From: Candidatus Harrisonbacteria bacterium RIFCSPHIGHO2_02_FULL_40_20
Lineage (GTDB): Bacteria > Patescibacteriota > Minisyncoccia > UBA6257 > WO2-44-18
Reading direction: 5' to 3'
Assembly: GCA_001818675.1 (NCBI GenBank)
Contig: MHJF01000006.1
Span: forward strand, 3,157-67,156
DNA: 64,000 bases
The translations under genes and the position numbers were made by a program. Positions within the stretch are counted from its first letter, which is position 1; every line of letters starts with the position of its first letter. Shown here piece after piece: positions 45,697 through 55,348 of this stretch. The notes beneath the pieces are model-generated. The model was not told the DNA's origin, made no database searches, and saw only the letters and a program-made list of their open reading frames with translations.

Positions 45697-47046
45697 ATGA
45701 GGCGTTTTTGCGTGTTGCTAGCGTTGGTTTTTAGTTTTTCTTTGACTGGCTGCCAAATCTGCCTTACCGTTCCTAATCCTGTAAAAATAGTTTGGGATCT
45801 TTTTGATAAACCAAGCGGAACGGAAGTTGTTTTCGGGACATACCAAGATTTAGAGCGTTTATTTTATGATCCGATGCGTTTAAAGCCATCTAGGCTTTTT
45901 AATGCCGCTCTTGATGGTATAGCGGAAGAATTGAAATCTAAAAACGCGGAGTTTAATTTTTCCAGGATTGACGATTCCGCGTCCGTCGTAAAAGCAAAAA
46001 AACATTTTGCTGCCGAATATAAAAAAGCTGAAGATTTAAACGCGGCTATTAATAACAGCGCGCAATTGGAATTTGCGGCGTTAAAAGGATTATTGGATGC
46101 CGTAGATAGCTCCCATACCGCTTTTATCACGCCTGAAAGGCTTAATGAGATTAGAAAAAGCAGAAGAGGAAAAAGCGGGTATGCCGGCATTGGCGTAGTT
46201 TTAAAAAAATTAGAAGATAATTTTTACTATATTGATTGGGTTACGCCTGGCAGTCCGGCTGCCGAAGTTGGCCTGCGAAAGTTCGATCGGCTGGTTAAAG
46301 TTAACGCGCTTGCTATTCCAAACGATATTGGCGAAATTTTTAAATTATTTCGAGGGGAAGAAAGAATTTCAGTTAAAGTTACGGTTGAGAGAGGAGGGAA
46401 AACTCTTGATTTTACTATCGCGCAAAGAGAGTTTGATTTACATTTAATCACTAGCCGTTATATTAACAGCGGGAATTCACGCTTTATCTATATTGAGCTC
46501 CGCGGTTTTGATCCTGATTCGGCTACAAAACTCAAAAATATTATCCGGCGCGCAGAGAAAGAAAACGTAAAAGGCATTATTCTGGATTTAAGAGGAAATC
46601 GCGGCGGACTGCTTGATTCCTTGATGGTGGCTTTAGAAATTTTTTCGAAAAAGGAAAGCGTAATGTTTATTCGCAGGCATTATGAAGAACAAGAGCTTCT
46701 TGTTTCTGGTAATCCCTTAACTGATTTGCCGATGGTGATGCTGGCAGATTCCCGTTCAGCTTCAGCCGCCGAAATTATGGCCGCTGTTCTTCAAGAAGCA
46801 AAAAGGGCGATAGTGGTAGGAACGAAGACAGCCGGCGCGGTGGAAGTTTCCATTCAGATATCCTTGCCATTAGGTTCGGCTATGACAGTGGCAATCCAGG
46901 AAGTTTTTACTGCGGAAGGAACAGTATTGGAAAAAGTGGGCGTTAAACCGGACAAAGAAGTTCAACTTTCTAAGGATGATATCAGCGCCGCTCAAGACAT
47001 GCAGTTAGAAGCGGCCCTAGTTGAATTATCCAAGTTAGTGAAATAG
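45697..47046 (+). CDS. ctpA: S41-family C-terminal processing peptidase (lipoprotein)
   Basis: Lipobox LTGC; PDZ-like region; catalytic motifs ILDLRGNRGGLLDS and Ser/Lys VMLADSRSASAAEIMA. Confidence 0.8.
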   Translation: MRRFCVLLALVFSFSLTGCQICLTVPNPVKIVWDLFDKPSGTEVVFGTYQDLERLFYDPMRLKPSRLFNAALDGIAEELKSKNAEFNFSRIDDSASVVKAKKHFAAEYKKAEDLNAAINNSAQLEFAALKGLLDAVDSSHTAFITPERLNEIRKSRRGKSGYAGIGVVLKKLEDNFYYIDWVTPGSPAAEVGLRKFDRLVKVNALAIPNDIGEIFKLFRGEERISVKVTVERGGKTLDFTIAQREFDLHLITSRYINSGNSRFIYIELRGFDPDSATKLKNIIRRAEKENVKGIILDLRGNRGGLLDSLMVALEIFSKKESVMFIRRHYEEQELLVSGNPLTDLPMVMLADSRSASAAEIMAAVLQEAKRAIVVGTKTAGAVEVSIQISLPLGSAMTVAIQEVFTAEGTVLEKVGVKPDKEVQLSKDDISAAQDMQLEAALVELSKLVK

Positions 47047-47047
47047 A

Positions 47048-47082
47048 TAAAAGTAAAAGCCCACCGACATTATGTCGGGGGC
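47048..47082. terminator. bidirectional terminator aaaagcccaccgacattatgtcgggggctt
   Basis: Hairpin with the gacat..atgtc core between convergent genes. Confidence 0.55.
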
Positions 47083-48240
47083 TTATTTTATTAGATCAGC
47101 TACATATTCGGCAATTGCCATACTGGACGACAAGCCGGGAGATTCAATGCCGATTAAGTTAATTAAAGGCGGACTTTTTCGATCCATTTGAATAATGAAA
47201 TCATGTTCGCCGGGATTGTTAGTAATTTTCGCTCGAATGCCGGAATAAGCCCATTCTAAATTTTCCGGTTTTAAGGAAGGGCAGAATTTTTGCACGGCTT
47301 TCAAAAAATCTTCTTTTGGGGTTTTATTTTCAGTATAGTAATTTTTACTGGGCACAGGCCTCGTGTTTGGGCCGATGAATAAATCGCCATTAACGCGTGG
47401 GCTGAAATGAATGCCTTTGCCTGGAGAACTCGCGGGTATCGCCGGATAGATCAATCGTTTCATGAATCCTGCCGGTTTTCCAATAATTTTATAATATTCG
47501 CCTCGCCAGGGATAAATTTCATAACCGTAATATCCCGCCAGACGAGAAATTTTATCGGCGTAGAGTCCGGCGGCGTTAATAATCATTTTCGTTTCTACGC
47601 CCATATTCAGTGTTTGAATACGATAACCGCCAGAAATTAATTCAATATTGTTTACCGGATTATCAAAGAAAAATTGCGCGCCATTTTTTTTCGCGTCCGC
47701 CCAAAGTTGCCTTGTAAATATCAGCGGATTAATCACCCAGACTGCCGGAATAAAAATGCCTCCTAGCCCTCGAATATTTGGTTCTAAGGCACGGATTCCG
47801 ATTGGACTTAAGAATTTGAATTTTATGCCCTGCGCTCTGCCGCGTTTAATCAGCTCAAACAGCGACCAAACTTCTTTATAAAGACCGCTCCGGATTGCCT
47901 CTAAGGAAATTACTACCATCATGCCGGTATGAAGAATTGGCAGTTTTTTTGACTGGCAATATTTTACTGCCAGCTGATTTCCTCGAAACGACAGTCGCGC
48001 TTTCAGCGAACCTGGTTTTTGATGCAAGCCGGTATGAAGCACGCCGCTGTTGAATTGACTGGTTTCCATTCCAGAATTGGATAATTTTTCCAAAACAACA
48101 ATTTTTTTATCCGGATAGCGCAAGGACAGTTCGCGCGCGATAGCGCAACCCACAACCCCAGCGCCTATAATGACAATATCGTACTTCATTGTTAGTTTCT
48201 TTTTAGCAACCCCTTTATTTAATAATATCAAAGTTCTCAA
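47083..48240 (-). CDS. FAD-dependent oxidoreductase (L-2-hydroxyglutarate oxidase / glycerol-3-phosphate dehydrogenase-like)
   Basis: Rossmann motif YDIVIIGAGVVGCAIARELS and DAO-family layout. Confidence 0.7.
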   Translation of the reverse strand: MRTLILLNKGVAKKKLTMKYDIVIIGAGVVGCAIARELSLRYPDKKIVVLEKLSNSGMETSQFNSGVLHTGLHQKPGSLKARLSFRGNQLAVKYCQSKKLPILHTGMMVVISLEAIRSGLYKEVWSLFELIKRGRAQGIKFKFLSPIGIRALEPNIRGLGGIFIPAVWVINPLIFTRQLWADAKKNGAQFFFDNPVNNIELISGGYRIQTLNMGVETKMIINAAGLYADKISRLAGYYGYEIYPWRGEYYKIIGKPAGFMKRLIYPAIPASSPGKGIHFSPRVNGDLFIGPNTRPVPSKNYYTENKTPKEDFLKAVQKFCPSLKPENLEWAYSGIRAKITNNPGEHDFIIQMDRKSPPLINLIGIESPGLSSSMAIAEYVADLIK

Positions 48241-48328
48241 TTATCAATTGAATACAGCTTCGCAGGCAGTTGTCAAATAAGCTGGGCTTTGTTAAAATGC
48301 CCTCGGCATCTTTTAAAGGAGGTGGCAT

Positions 48329-49057
48329 ATGAGAACCGCTAGTTTTTTATTGAGTGTTATTTTATTGCTTGGCGCTAGTGATTCGCAAAGTCCGGTTGGG
48401 CTACGCCTAGAAGAAATAGCCATTCTGAAATTTGATAAAGAAGTAGAATATGATTTTCAAAAGGACGACGATCGAAATTATAAATTAATTTTTGTGGCAT
48501 TCCCGCCTGAGTTCAGCGTGCCAATTAATTTATACGCCTATCCTCAATCTATAACAGTGGTGGTGAGAAAGGATGGCAAAGATTTTACAACGTTGTCGGC
48601 CGAACTAGCCGAGCCGATGGCAGAATTTGAAGGCCAGGGGCGTTATCGCTGTAAATCTCTGACGATTAAAGTTCCGGTAGAAGAGGATGCCGAGCGTTGG
48701 CAAAAATACGTGGAAGGAAAATATAAATTTGTTTCTTTCAATTCCCTTTATAAATATTCTCCTGATCAATATTATTCTCACTGGCTTATTAAAATCGGGG
48801 AATTTGGGCCGGATGCTTTGGTCCCGGTGGACAAGATAGATTTGGTTTTAAAAGAAAAGGTTAGCGATAAAGAGCCGGTAAAGATTTTTCTGGCTGTAGA
48901 CGCTGATGATTTTGGAGGAATTTTGTACTCGGCTCGATCCGCTACGATCTATGCTTTTAGCCAAGAAGAATACAGCCGACTACAAAAAGATTTGGAGGAA
49001 ACTAAACAAAAAAGAGATGATATGAAACAGCCGAAACGTGTAGTGCCTAATAAATAA
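48329..49057 (+). CDS. secreted hypothetical protein
   Basis: Signal peptide MRTASFLLSVILLLGASDS. Confidence 0.45.
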   Translation: MRTASFLLSVILLLGASDSQSPVGLRLEEIAILKFDKEVEYDFQKDDDRNYKLIFVAFPPEFSVPINLYAYPQSITVVVRKDGKDFTTLSAELAEPMAEFEGQGRYRCKSLTIKVPVEEDAERWQKYVEGKYKFVSFNSLYKYSPDQYYSHWLIKIGEFGPDALVPVDKIDLVLKEKVSDKEPVKIFLAVDADDFGGILYSARSATIYAFSQEEYSRLQKDLEETKQKRDDMKQPKRVVPNK

Positions 49058-49122
49058 TATTGAAAATAAAACATTGTTTTGCTATACTATTTTTAGATTT
49101 TTAAAAAATATGGGAGGGATTT

Positions 49123-49374
49123 ATGGCTTGGTATCGAGCAGAAGTTAGTGGAATTGGCTTTACTATGCAAGCCGGGGAAAAGTTACGAGATGTTAAGGCT
49201 GTTTGTTATGAATTTTCGGCTGACAACGACGAAAATGCCATTGAGAAAGCTGTCCAGTTTGCGAAAACCGGGCAGGTCATTGAATCATTCTGGTTTGATG
49301 GCACCTATACAAAAATTAACATAATGAAATTTATTACTCCTCTGCCAACTGAATCAAAAGCTTATCTTGTTTAA
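49123..49374 (+). CDS. small hypothetical protein
   Basis: 83-aa ORF followed by the terminator ttacccccgacataacgtcggggttttt. Confidence 0.4.
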   Translation: MAWYRAEVSGIGFTMQAGEKLRDVKAVCYEFSADNDENAIEKAVQFAKTGQVIESFWFDGTYTKINIMKFITPLPTESKAYLV

Positions 49375-49476
49375 AACTCTTCACCCTGAGTGAATTTACC
49401 CCCGACATAACGTCGGGGTTTTTATATACCTAGAGTTATGCACATCTTTAAGGCTGATTTATGGTAAATTTATTAT

Positions 49477-49620
49477 ATGCCCGGTAGCGACAACTGCGAT
49501 AAGGGCAATTCGATGCGTCAATGAATTTAACTAAAACTATGTTTTTTCAAAGGTCATAATCAATAATAATGATTGCGAGACATTGTCTAAAGCAGCGCAA
49601 TCGCAATTGTAGCACCGGGT
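49477..49620 (+). mobile_element. 144-nt repeated element, copy A (closing inverted repeat cccggtagcgacaactgcgat / atcgcaattgtagcaccggg; contains a 15-codon mini-ORF MPGSDNCDKGNSMRQ)
   Basis: Near-identical copy at 61266-61410; ends exactly at the ATG of the 49621 gene. Confidence 0.55.
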
Positions 49621-52335
49621 ATGAGAAAAATTGTCACTTTAATAAGCGCGGGAGTGTTTCTTTTCTTTTCTGGAGCTTTAGCGCAGGTTTCCGCTCCTAC
49701 TAATTTTCCATCGCCTATAGATGAGCCGGAATTAGCCGCCGTGGAACCCATATCCGCGATTGAGGCCACCAGGCCGATTGTTTATCTTCAAGATTTTTCT
49801 CTTTCCGGATCGGAATTTAAACCGGGAGGAAGCATAGGTATTAGATTTACCGCGGTTAGCGGCAATGAAGTTGCTTTAAGCGACGTTCAATATTCCGTTG
49901 CCCTTTTAAAAAATGTGTTATTGTTTGACGAAAAAATTTTTGAGGAAAAACTTTTAATCTATCCAGAAGATAAAATCAGAAAGAGTATCCAATATAAATT
50001 GCCGGAAAAGCTGGCGGATGGAGAATATTTGATCGGCGTTTATTTAGTGAATGCGAAAGGAATGACTTATGGTTTTGCTGACCCTTTGCCTATTAAGATT
50101 TCCGGAGGCGGCGCGTTTGTGGAGCTAAGTAATCCCCAGATTATTGTTCGCGGCGCAACCTATCCCGCGGCTGCTGGAGTAACAGTTAAATCTAATGACA
50201 CGATAAGAGGCGAAGCAGCTTTCCATAATCTGTCTAATGAAACTATTTTAGTAATGCCACGCGTCAAAATTTTAAAACGAGGATTGAGCGATCAAATTCT
50301 TCAATCTTATGATGAACCGGCATTTTCTTTAGACGGCGATGACAGCGATATTTTATCTTTTGATTTTAGATATAAATATTCGGATCCGGAAGCGTTGGTT
50401 GCTGATATAGTTCTACTTGATAAAGAGGGCAATACAATTTCTAATCATGCTTTATTTAGATGGGTAACCGAGGGTATCGGAGGAGAAGTGGTGGCTATTC
50501 AAGCTCTGCCGCCTGACCCCACTTTTAAAACTTATAAAGCAGTTGTTTATTATTATGGGCCTGCTGATGCCCAAACTAAAGCCGGATCGGCGGAATTAGT
50601 AGTTACTTTAATTGATCAAGGCAAAGTTATCGGGCAAACAACAGAATCCATTAATCTTAATAGATTAGATAGTAGAACGGTTACGGTGATCGCCAATGCT
50701 TACGCGGAATCGCCCGAGATAAAAGCAGAAATAGTAAAAAGCGGGAAAGTTTTGGATAACTATTCTATTACTCAACCGCCGATTAAAGCCGTTTTTCCAG
50801 CCACTGCGGCATTATGGATTGTTGTTGCTAGCTTAGCAGCTGGCTTAATCGTGTTTTTAGTAAAAAAAATAGGTATGAGAAAATCACAAGTTATTTTACC
50901 TCTTTTGTTTGTCGCTGGATTTTTATTTTTAAACGTGGACATTGCGAAGGCCTCTATTGTTGAAGTTCGTAATGATTACGGTTTTGGTTATTCTTTGCAA
51001 GACCCAACGCATAATCAGACTGTGATAGCTGGCGATACCATCAGGTTTTCTGGCCAAATTTATCAAGAAGGATGTGGGAATGTTACTAATACTTCAGATA
51101 AAGATAAAATTAAATTTTATATTGACAATACGGAATTATCCGGTTATTTATCCCTAACAGAAGTTTTTTGTGGAGCGGGAAAATATTGTTTAAGTTTTAA
51201 TTATTCTTTTTCCGTACCGGCGGATTTAGCCGCGGGACCGCACAAAGCCGGATTTTTCTTTGCTGGTTATCATCCTTGGATTTGCGAAGCCGATCCTAAT
51301 AATCCTGTTTGCCAGAGGCCGTTAGAAGAGCAAGGATATTATTATTTAGATGTTTACGAGCATATTTTAGTGAGTAATCCGGGAACAGAGCAGCCAACTA
51401 ATCTTTCCAGTTTTTGTCCGGTTCCCGGAACTCGAGCGACGATTGCTTGGTTCCCGGTTAGCGGCGCGAAATTTTACGCTTTGAGAATTAATAATTTAGC
51501 TGATGATTGGACAGGGACTTGTTCATCTGCGGCCGGCGATTTTTGCCAGGATATTCAAGCTCCAGCCACTTCTTTTAGTTTTATTTCTCGCCTCAACAAT
51601 GCTTATCAATGGTGGGTTCATGCTTGTAATGATATTTCTTGCGGCAATGCGGCTTTAGGCCAAAATTTTATTTGTCGGGATCGTTTGCCCCAATGTTCAG
51701 ATTCTTTAGATAACGATGGCGACGGAAGAATAGATTATCCCAATGATCCGGGCTGTTCTTCGGCTGATGACGATGATGAAACTAATATCGTAAACCCGCC
51801 TCAATGTTCCGATGGCTTGGATAATGATGGCGATGAGCTTTCTGATTATCCCAATGATCCGGGCTGTTCTTCGGCTGATGACGATGATGAGCTTAATGAT
51901 GGAGGTAGCGGCGGAGGCGGCAATGGCGGTGGAAGTGGAGGAGGTAGCGGCGGAGGTGGAGAACAATTGCCCCAATGTTCAGATTCTTTAGATAACGATG
52001 GCGACGGTTTGCCGGATTTTCCAAATGACCCTAGCTGTTTTTCGGCAACCGACAATAATGAAAATGTTTCTTTCATCATTGAATTCAATTCTAGCCCAGC
52101 GTCTATTGGAATTGGAGGCGTCTCTAATCTTATTTGGTCTACTGTTGGTTTAAATTCTTGCTCTATTAATCAGGGCATTGGATCGGTTTTGGTTAATGGT
52201 TCACGCCCGGTGAGCCCCGCCCAGACTACAACTTATACCCTCAATTGTTTGCAGGGGCCAAATTCTAATAATCCGATTTCTCGACAAGCCACTGTGCAGG
52301 TTAGAAGTTCAAGTTTAGAAGAGGTTATCCCTTAG
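49621..52335 (+). CDS. large surface protein with three TSP3-like Ca-binding repeats (CSDSLDNDGDG...DYPNDPGCSSADDDDE), a Gly/Ser linker and an internal TM hairpin
   Basis: Signal peptide; internal DNA repeats of about 120 bp at 51688-52030. Confidence 0.55.
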   Translation: MRKIVTLISAGVFLFFSGALAQVSAPTNFPSPIDEPELAAVEPISAIEATRPIVYLQDFSLSGSEFKPGGSIGIRFTAVSGNEVALSDVQYSVALLKNVLLFDEKIFEEKLLIYPEDKIRKSIQYKLPEKLADGEYLIGVYLVNAKGMTYGFADPLPIKISGGGAFVELSNPQIIVRGATYPAAAGVTVKSNDTIRGEAAFHNLSNETILVMPRVKILKRGLSDQILQSYDEPAFSLDGDDSDILSFDFRYKYSDPEALVADIVLLDKEGNTISNHALFRWVTEGIGGEVVAIQALPPDPTFKTYKAVVYYYGPADAQTKAGSAELVVTLIDQGKVIGQTTESINLNRLDSRTVTVIANAYAESPEIKAEIVKSGKVLDNYSITQPPIKAVFPATAALWIVVASLAAGLIVFLVKKIGMRKSQVILPLLFVAGFLFLNVDIAKASIVEVRNDYGFGYSLQDPTHNQTVIAGDTIRFSGQIYQEGCGNVTNTSDKDKIKFYIDNTELSGYLSLTEVFCGAGKYCLSFNYSFSVPADLAAGPHKAGFFFAGYHPWICEADPNNPVCQRPLEEQGYYYLDVYEHILVSNPGTEQPTNLSSFCPVPGTRATIAWFPVSGAKFYALRINNLADDWTGTCSSAAGDFCQDIQAPATSFSFISRLNNAYQWWVHACNDISCGNAALGQNFICRDRLPQCSDSLDNDGDGRIDYPNDPGCSSADDDDETNIVNPPQCSDGLDNDGDELSDYPNDPGCSSADDDDELNDGGSGGGGNGGGSGGGSGGGGEQLPQCSDSLDNDGDGLPDFPNDPSCFSATDNNENVSFIIEFNSSPASIGIGGVSNLIWSTVGLNSCSINQGIGSVLVNGSRPVSPAQTTTYTLNCLQGPNSNNPISRQATVQVRSSSLEEVIP

Positions 52336-52341
52336 CTTCTT

Positions 52342-53685
52342 ATGGGCATTAGTTTTTTATTCAAGTTTAGATTGGTTTTTGCCGCGGCTGTTATGATATT
52401 TTTAACAGTTTCAGCTTTTGCGCAAATAGCGCAACAGGTAATTTTTACCTTTGTTAATGGAGCAAGCCCGGTGAGTAACCTTACTTTATTTATATTTTTT
52501 CCGGAACAAATTCAGCCTGTAAATTTAAGCGCTGGGATGGTTTGGAATTTAGGAACTCGAACTCTGAATGTGGCGATCAGCCAAGTAGAGTCTAATCAAA
52601 AAGTAAGTTTGCCAGTTTCCATTATTGGTCCGGCTGGGACTTATCAAATTTCCGGAAAGTTGCGCGGACAATGGACTCAAATAGGCCAAAACTTTGAAAG
52701 CGATTTGATTACAGTGGAAACCACGATTCGCGGTACGGGCGCTGTATCGGTTGTGCAATCTATTCGATCTAATCTGCAAGTAGTGGCAGTTGCTAAAAAT
52801 GTAGCTTTGCCAATAGCAATCACTTTAGAGGTGGCTGGAGCTAGCGCTTTAGTAAGTAGCGCTGTTACTGCTAACGCTTCTTTAGCAGTTCATATTGCTG
52901 AAGCATTAAGGTTTCTGCAGTTTATTGGTTTAGGATCATTTCGCATTAGGCGGCATAAACCCTGGGGAAAAGTTTTTAATAGATTAACTGGCAGAGCTAT
53001 TAAAAATGCCACGGTCAGGGTTTTTGAGGTTACATTTCAGAAATTAAAAGATACTCAATTTACGGATGAAAACGGGCGTTTTGGATTTTTAATTTCTCCG
53101 GGGTCCTATTATCTGGTTATTTCTAAAGAAGGATTTCAAGATGTAAAAACAGCGGCATTGAATGTCAAAGGCGGAGAAGAGGCTTTTAACATAGAAGTGG
53201 CTTTAATACCCGAAAGCGGCGCTATTGCCGTAGCGAAGCCATTAGTTAAATTTTTGAATTCTTTAATGAAAATTATTAACATTCTTAATCCTTGGATTTT
53301 GGCTCTTGGAACGCTTGCGAGCATCGGAATTTTAGTGATTTTACCGACACTTTTTAATGTTATTGTTTTGTTAGTTTATGTCAGTTTAGATATAGCCAAA
53401 TTTTTCTTATCTAAGAAAATACTTAAATCTTTTGGTCGGGTAATAGATAAATTAACTCAACAGCCTTTAGCTTTAGTGGTAGTAAGAATTTTTGATGTAG
53501 ATAAAAATTGGCTTTTAACCAGTAGGGTTACCGATGCCTACGGAAGGTTTAAATTTTTAGTCACGCCGGGAAACTATTATATAACCTGCGCTAAGGAAGG
53601 CTATAGGGCTTATGCTTCACAGCCTTTGGCGGTTACTAAAGCCAGTTTGGTAAGTTGGGATATTATTTTAGAACCAGGGGTTTAG
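52342..53685 (+). CDS. membrane protein with two carboxypeptidase-regulatory-like (CarbopepD_reg/Cna-B-like) beta-sandwich domains
   Basis: Two copies of the RxxDxxNGRFxFLxxPGxYYL pattern plus TM segments. Confidence 0.45.
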   Translation: MGISFLFKFRLVFAAAVMIFLTVSAFAQIAQQVIFTFVNGASPVSNLTLFIFFPEQIQPVNLSAGMVWNLGTRTLNVAISQVESNQKVSLPVSIIGPAGTYQISGKLRGQWTQIGQNFESDLITVETTIRGTGAVSVVQSIRSNLQVVAVAKNVALPIAITLEVAGASALVSSAVTANASLAVHIAEALRFLQFIGLGSFRIRRHKPWGKVFNRLTGRAIKNATVRVFEVTFQKLKDTQFTDENGRFGFLISPGSYYLVISKEGFQDVKTAALNVKGGEEAFNIEVALIPESGAIAVAKPLVKFLNSLMKIINILNPWILALGTLASIGILVILPTLFNVIVLLVYVSLDIAKFFLSKKILKSFGRVIDKLTQQPLALVVVRIFDVDKNWLLTSRVTDAYGRFKFLVTPGNYYITCAKEGYRAYASQPLAVTKASLVSWDIILEPGV

Positions 53686-55225
53686 CTTCACTTAAAAGAC
53701 TTCGGCCAGCCATCTCTTTTGCTTTAGTAATACTCATAAGCTCTAAAATAGTGGGCGCCACATCAGCAAGAATGCCGTTAGGAATAATCGGTTCTAGGTT
53801 CGGTTCACCCGGGTTTTTTAATTTTAAGTCTTGAGCAATCATCCAACATGGCACAGGATTGGTAGAGTGTTCTGTATCTACTTTGGTTGTAGCTAAATTG
53901 ATCATTTCTTCGCAATTTCCGTGATCCGCAGTAATGACCAAAGCCCCATTATTTTTTTCTAAAACGGTCCAAATTTTTCCCAAACAATCATCTACGGCTT
54001 GGATAGCTTGGATAGCGGCTTCAAAATTACCGCTATGCCCAAGAATATCCGTAGCGGCAAAATTTACTGCTAAAAATTCGTATTTTTTTGACTCAATCGC
54101 TTTGATTAATTCTTCGGTAATTTTATAGCTAGACATTTCCGGGGTTTTTACATATCCAAAAGCGTCTACTTTTGGAGAAGGAACAATAATGCGCTCTTCT
54201 CCGGAGAAAGCTTTTTCTGTGCCGCCATTTAAAAAATAAGTTATGTGGGCGTATTTTTCAGTTTCGGCTACATGAAATTGTTTTTTCCCTGATTCCGCAA
54301 CAACCTTAGCAAGGGGATTATGGATTGCTTGGGGAGTCACAGCAATTTTCAGGGGATAATCTTTGTTATATTCCGTCATAGTTGCCAAGAGCATTTTTTT
54401 ATAGTTTTGTTTTAGGAAAACGTCCGTTAATTGCCTGGCGCGATCAGCGCGAAAATTATAAAAGAAGACAGAATCATTTTCTTGAATTAATCCTTTTTCA
54501 TCTAAAAGCGTGGGTTCAAAAAATTCATCTCCAGAGTTTTGTGAATAATTTTTATCTATTACTTCTTGCGGAGATTTGGCCTTAGCCTCACATTTTCCTT
54601 CGGTGAGGCAGAGAAAGGCTTTTTCGGTTAAATCTATTTTTAAGCTTTTATCCATTGCGTAATAACGGCCCATTATCGTGGCAACTTTGGCAATTTTTAA
54701 TTCCTGCATTTTCTTTTCTAGCATATTAAAAAAAGTGAGCGCGGATTTTGGGGAAACGTCTTGACCATCAGTAAAAACATGGATATAAACTGGGCGACTT
54801 ACTTTTTTAATGGCTAAAATATTTAGGATCTCTAAAAGATGGTCAATATGTGAGTGAATGCCCCCATTAGAAAGTAGGCCCATTAGTTGAATGGAAGATT
54901 TATTTTTTTCCGCGTGTTCAATGAGCTCATCCCAAATCTTTAACTTAGCAAAAGATCCATCTTGGATGGCAAATTGGATGCGGGATAAACTTTGATAAAC
55001 AATTAAACCCGCCCCTATATTAATGTGGCCGACTTCTGAATTGCCCATTTCTCCCCAAGATAGCCCAACTTCAACGCCAGAGGCTTGCAGAGCAACGCCG
55101 GGGAAATTACGGCTAAAAAATTCTAGGTTGGGAGTCTTAGCGGCTAAAATGGGATTGCCGCGTTTTTCGCGCCAAATGCCGAATCCGTCTAAAATTGCTA
55201 AAACTACCGGACGAGATTTTGCCAT
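53663..55225 (-). CDS. gpmI: 2,3-bisphosphoglycerate-independent phosphoglycerate mutase
   Basis: MAKSRPVVLAILDGFG N-terminus and the iPGM phosphatase/transferase domains. Confidence 0.9.
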   Translation of the reverse strand: MAKSRPVVLAILDGFGIWREKRGNPILAAKTPNLEFFSRNFPGVALQASGVEVGLSWGEMGNSEVGHINIGAGLIVYQSLSRIQFAIQDGSFAKLKIWDELIEHAEKNKSSIQLMGLLSNGGIHSHIDHLLEILNILAIKKVSRPVYIHVFTDGQDVSPKSALTFFNMLEKKMQELKIAKVATIMGRYYAMDKSLKIDLTEKAFLCLTEGKCEAKAKSPQEVIDKNYSQNSGDEFFEPTLLDEKGLIQENDSVFFYNFRADRARQLTDVFLKQNYKKMLLATMTEYNKDYPLKIAVTPQAIHNPLAKVVAESGKKQFHVAETEKYAHITYFLNGGTEKAFSGEERIIVPSPKVDAFGYVKTPEMSSYKITEELIKAIESKKYEFLAVNFAATDILGHSGNFEAAIQAIQAVDDCLGKIWTVLEKNNGALVITADHGNCEEMINLATTKVDTEHSTNPVPCWMIAQDLKLKNPGEPNLEPIIPNGILADVAPTILELMSITKAKEMAGRSLLSEAKPLVLK

Positions 55226-55348
55226 ATCTTAAATATTGTACAATTTTTAATTTTTAATTTCTAATTTTAGATTAAGAGGCCACTTGATTTTTTAAAAGTT
55301 TTCCGCGAAAATCATTTTAGTAGTTTTCCGCACCTTAATAAATGAAAA

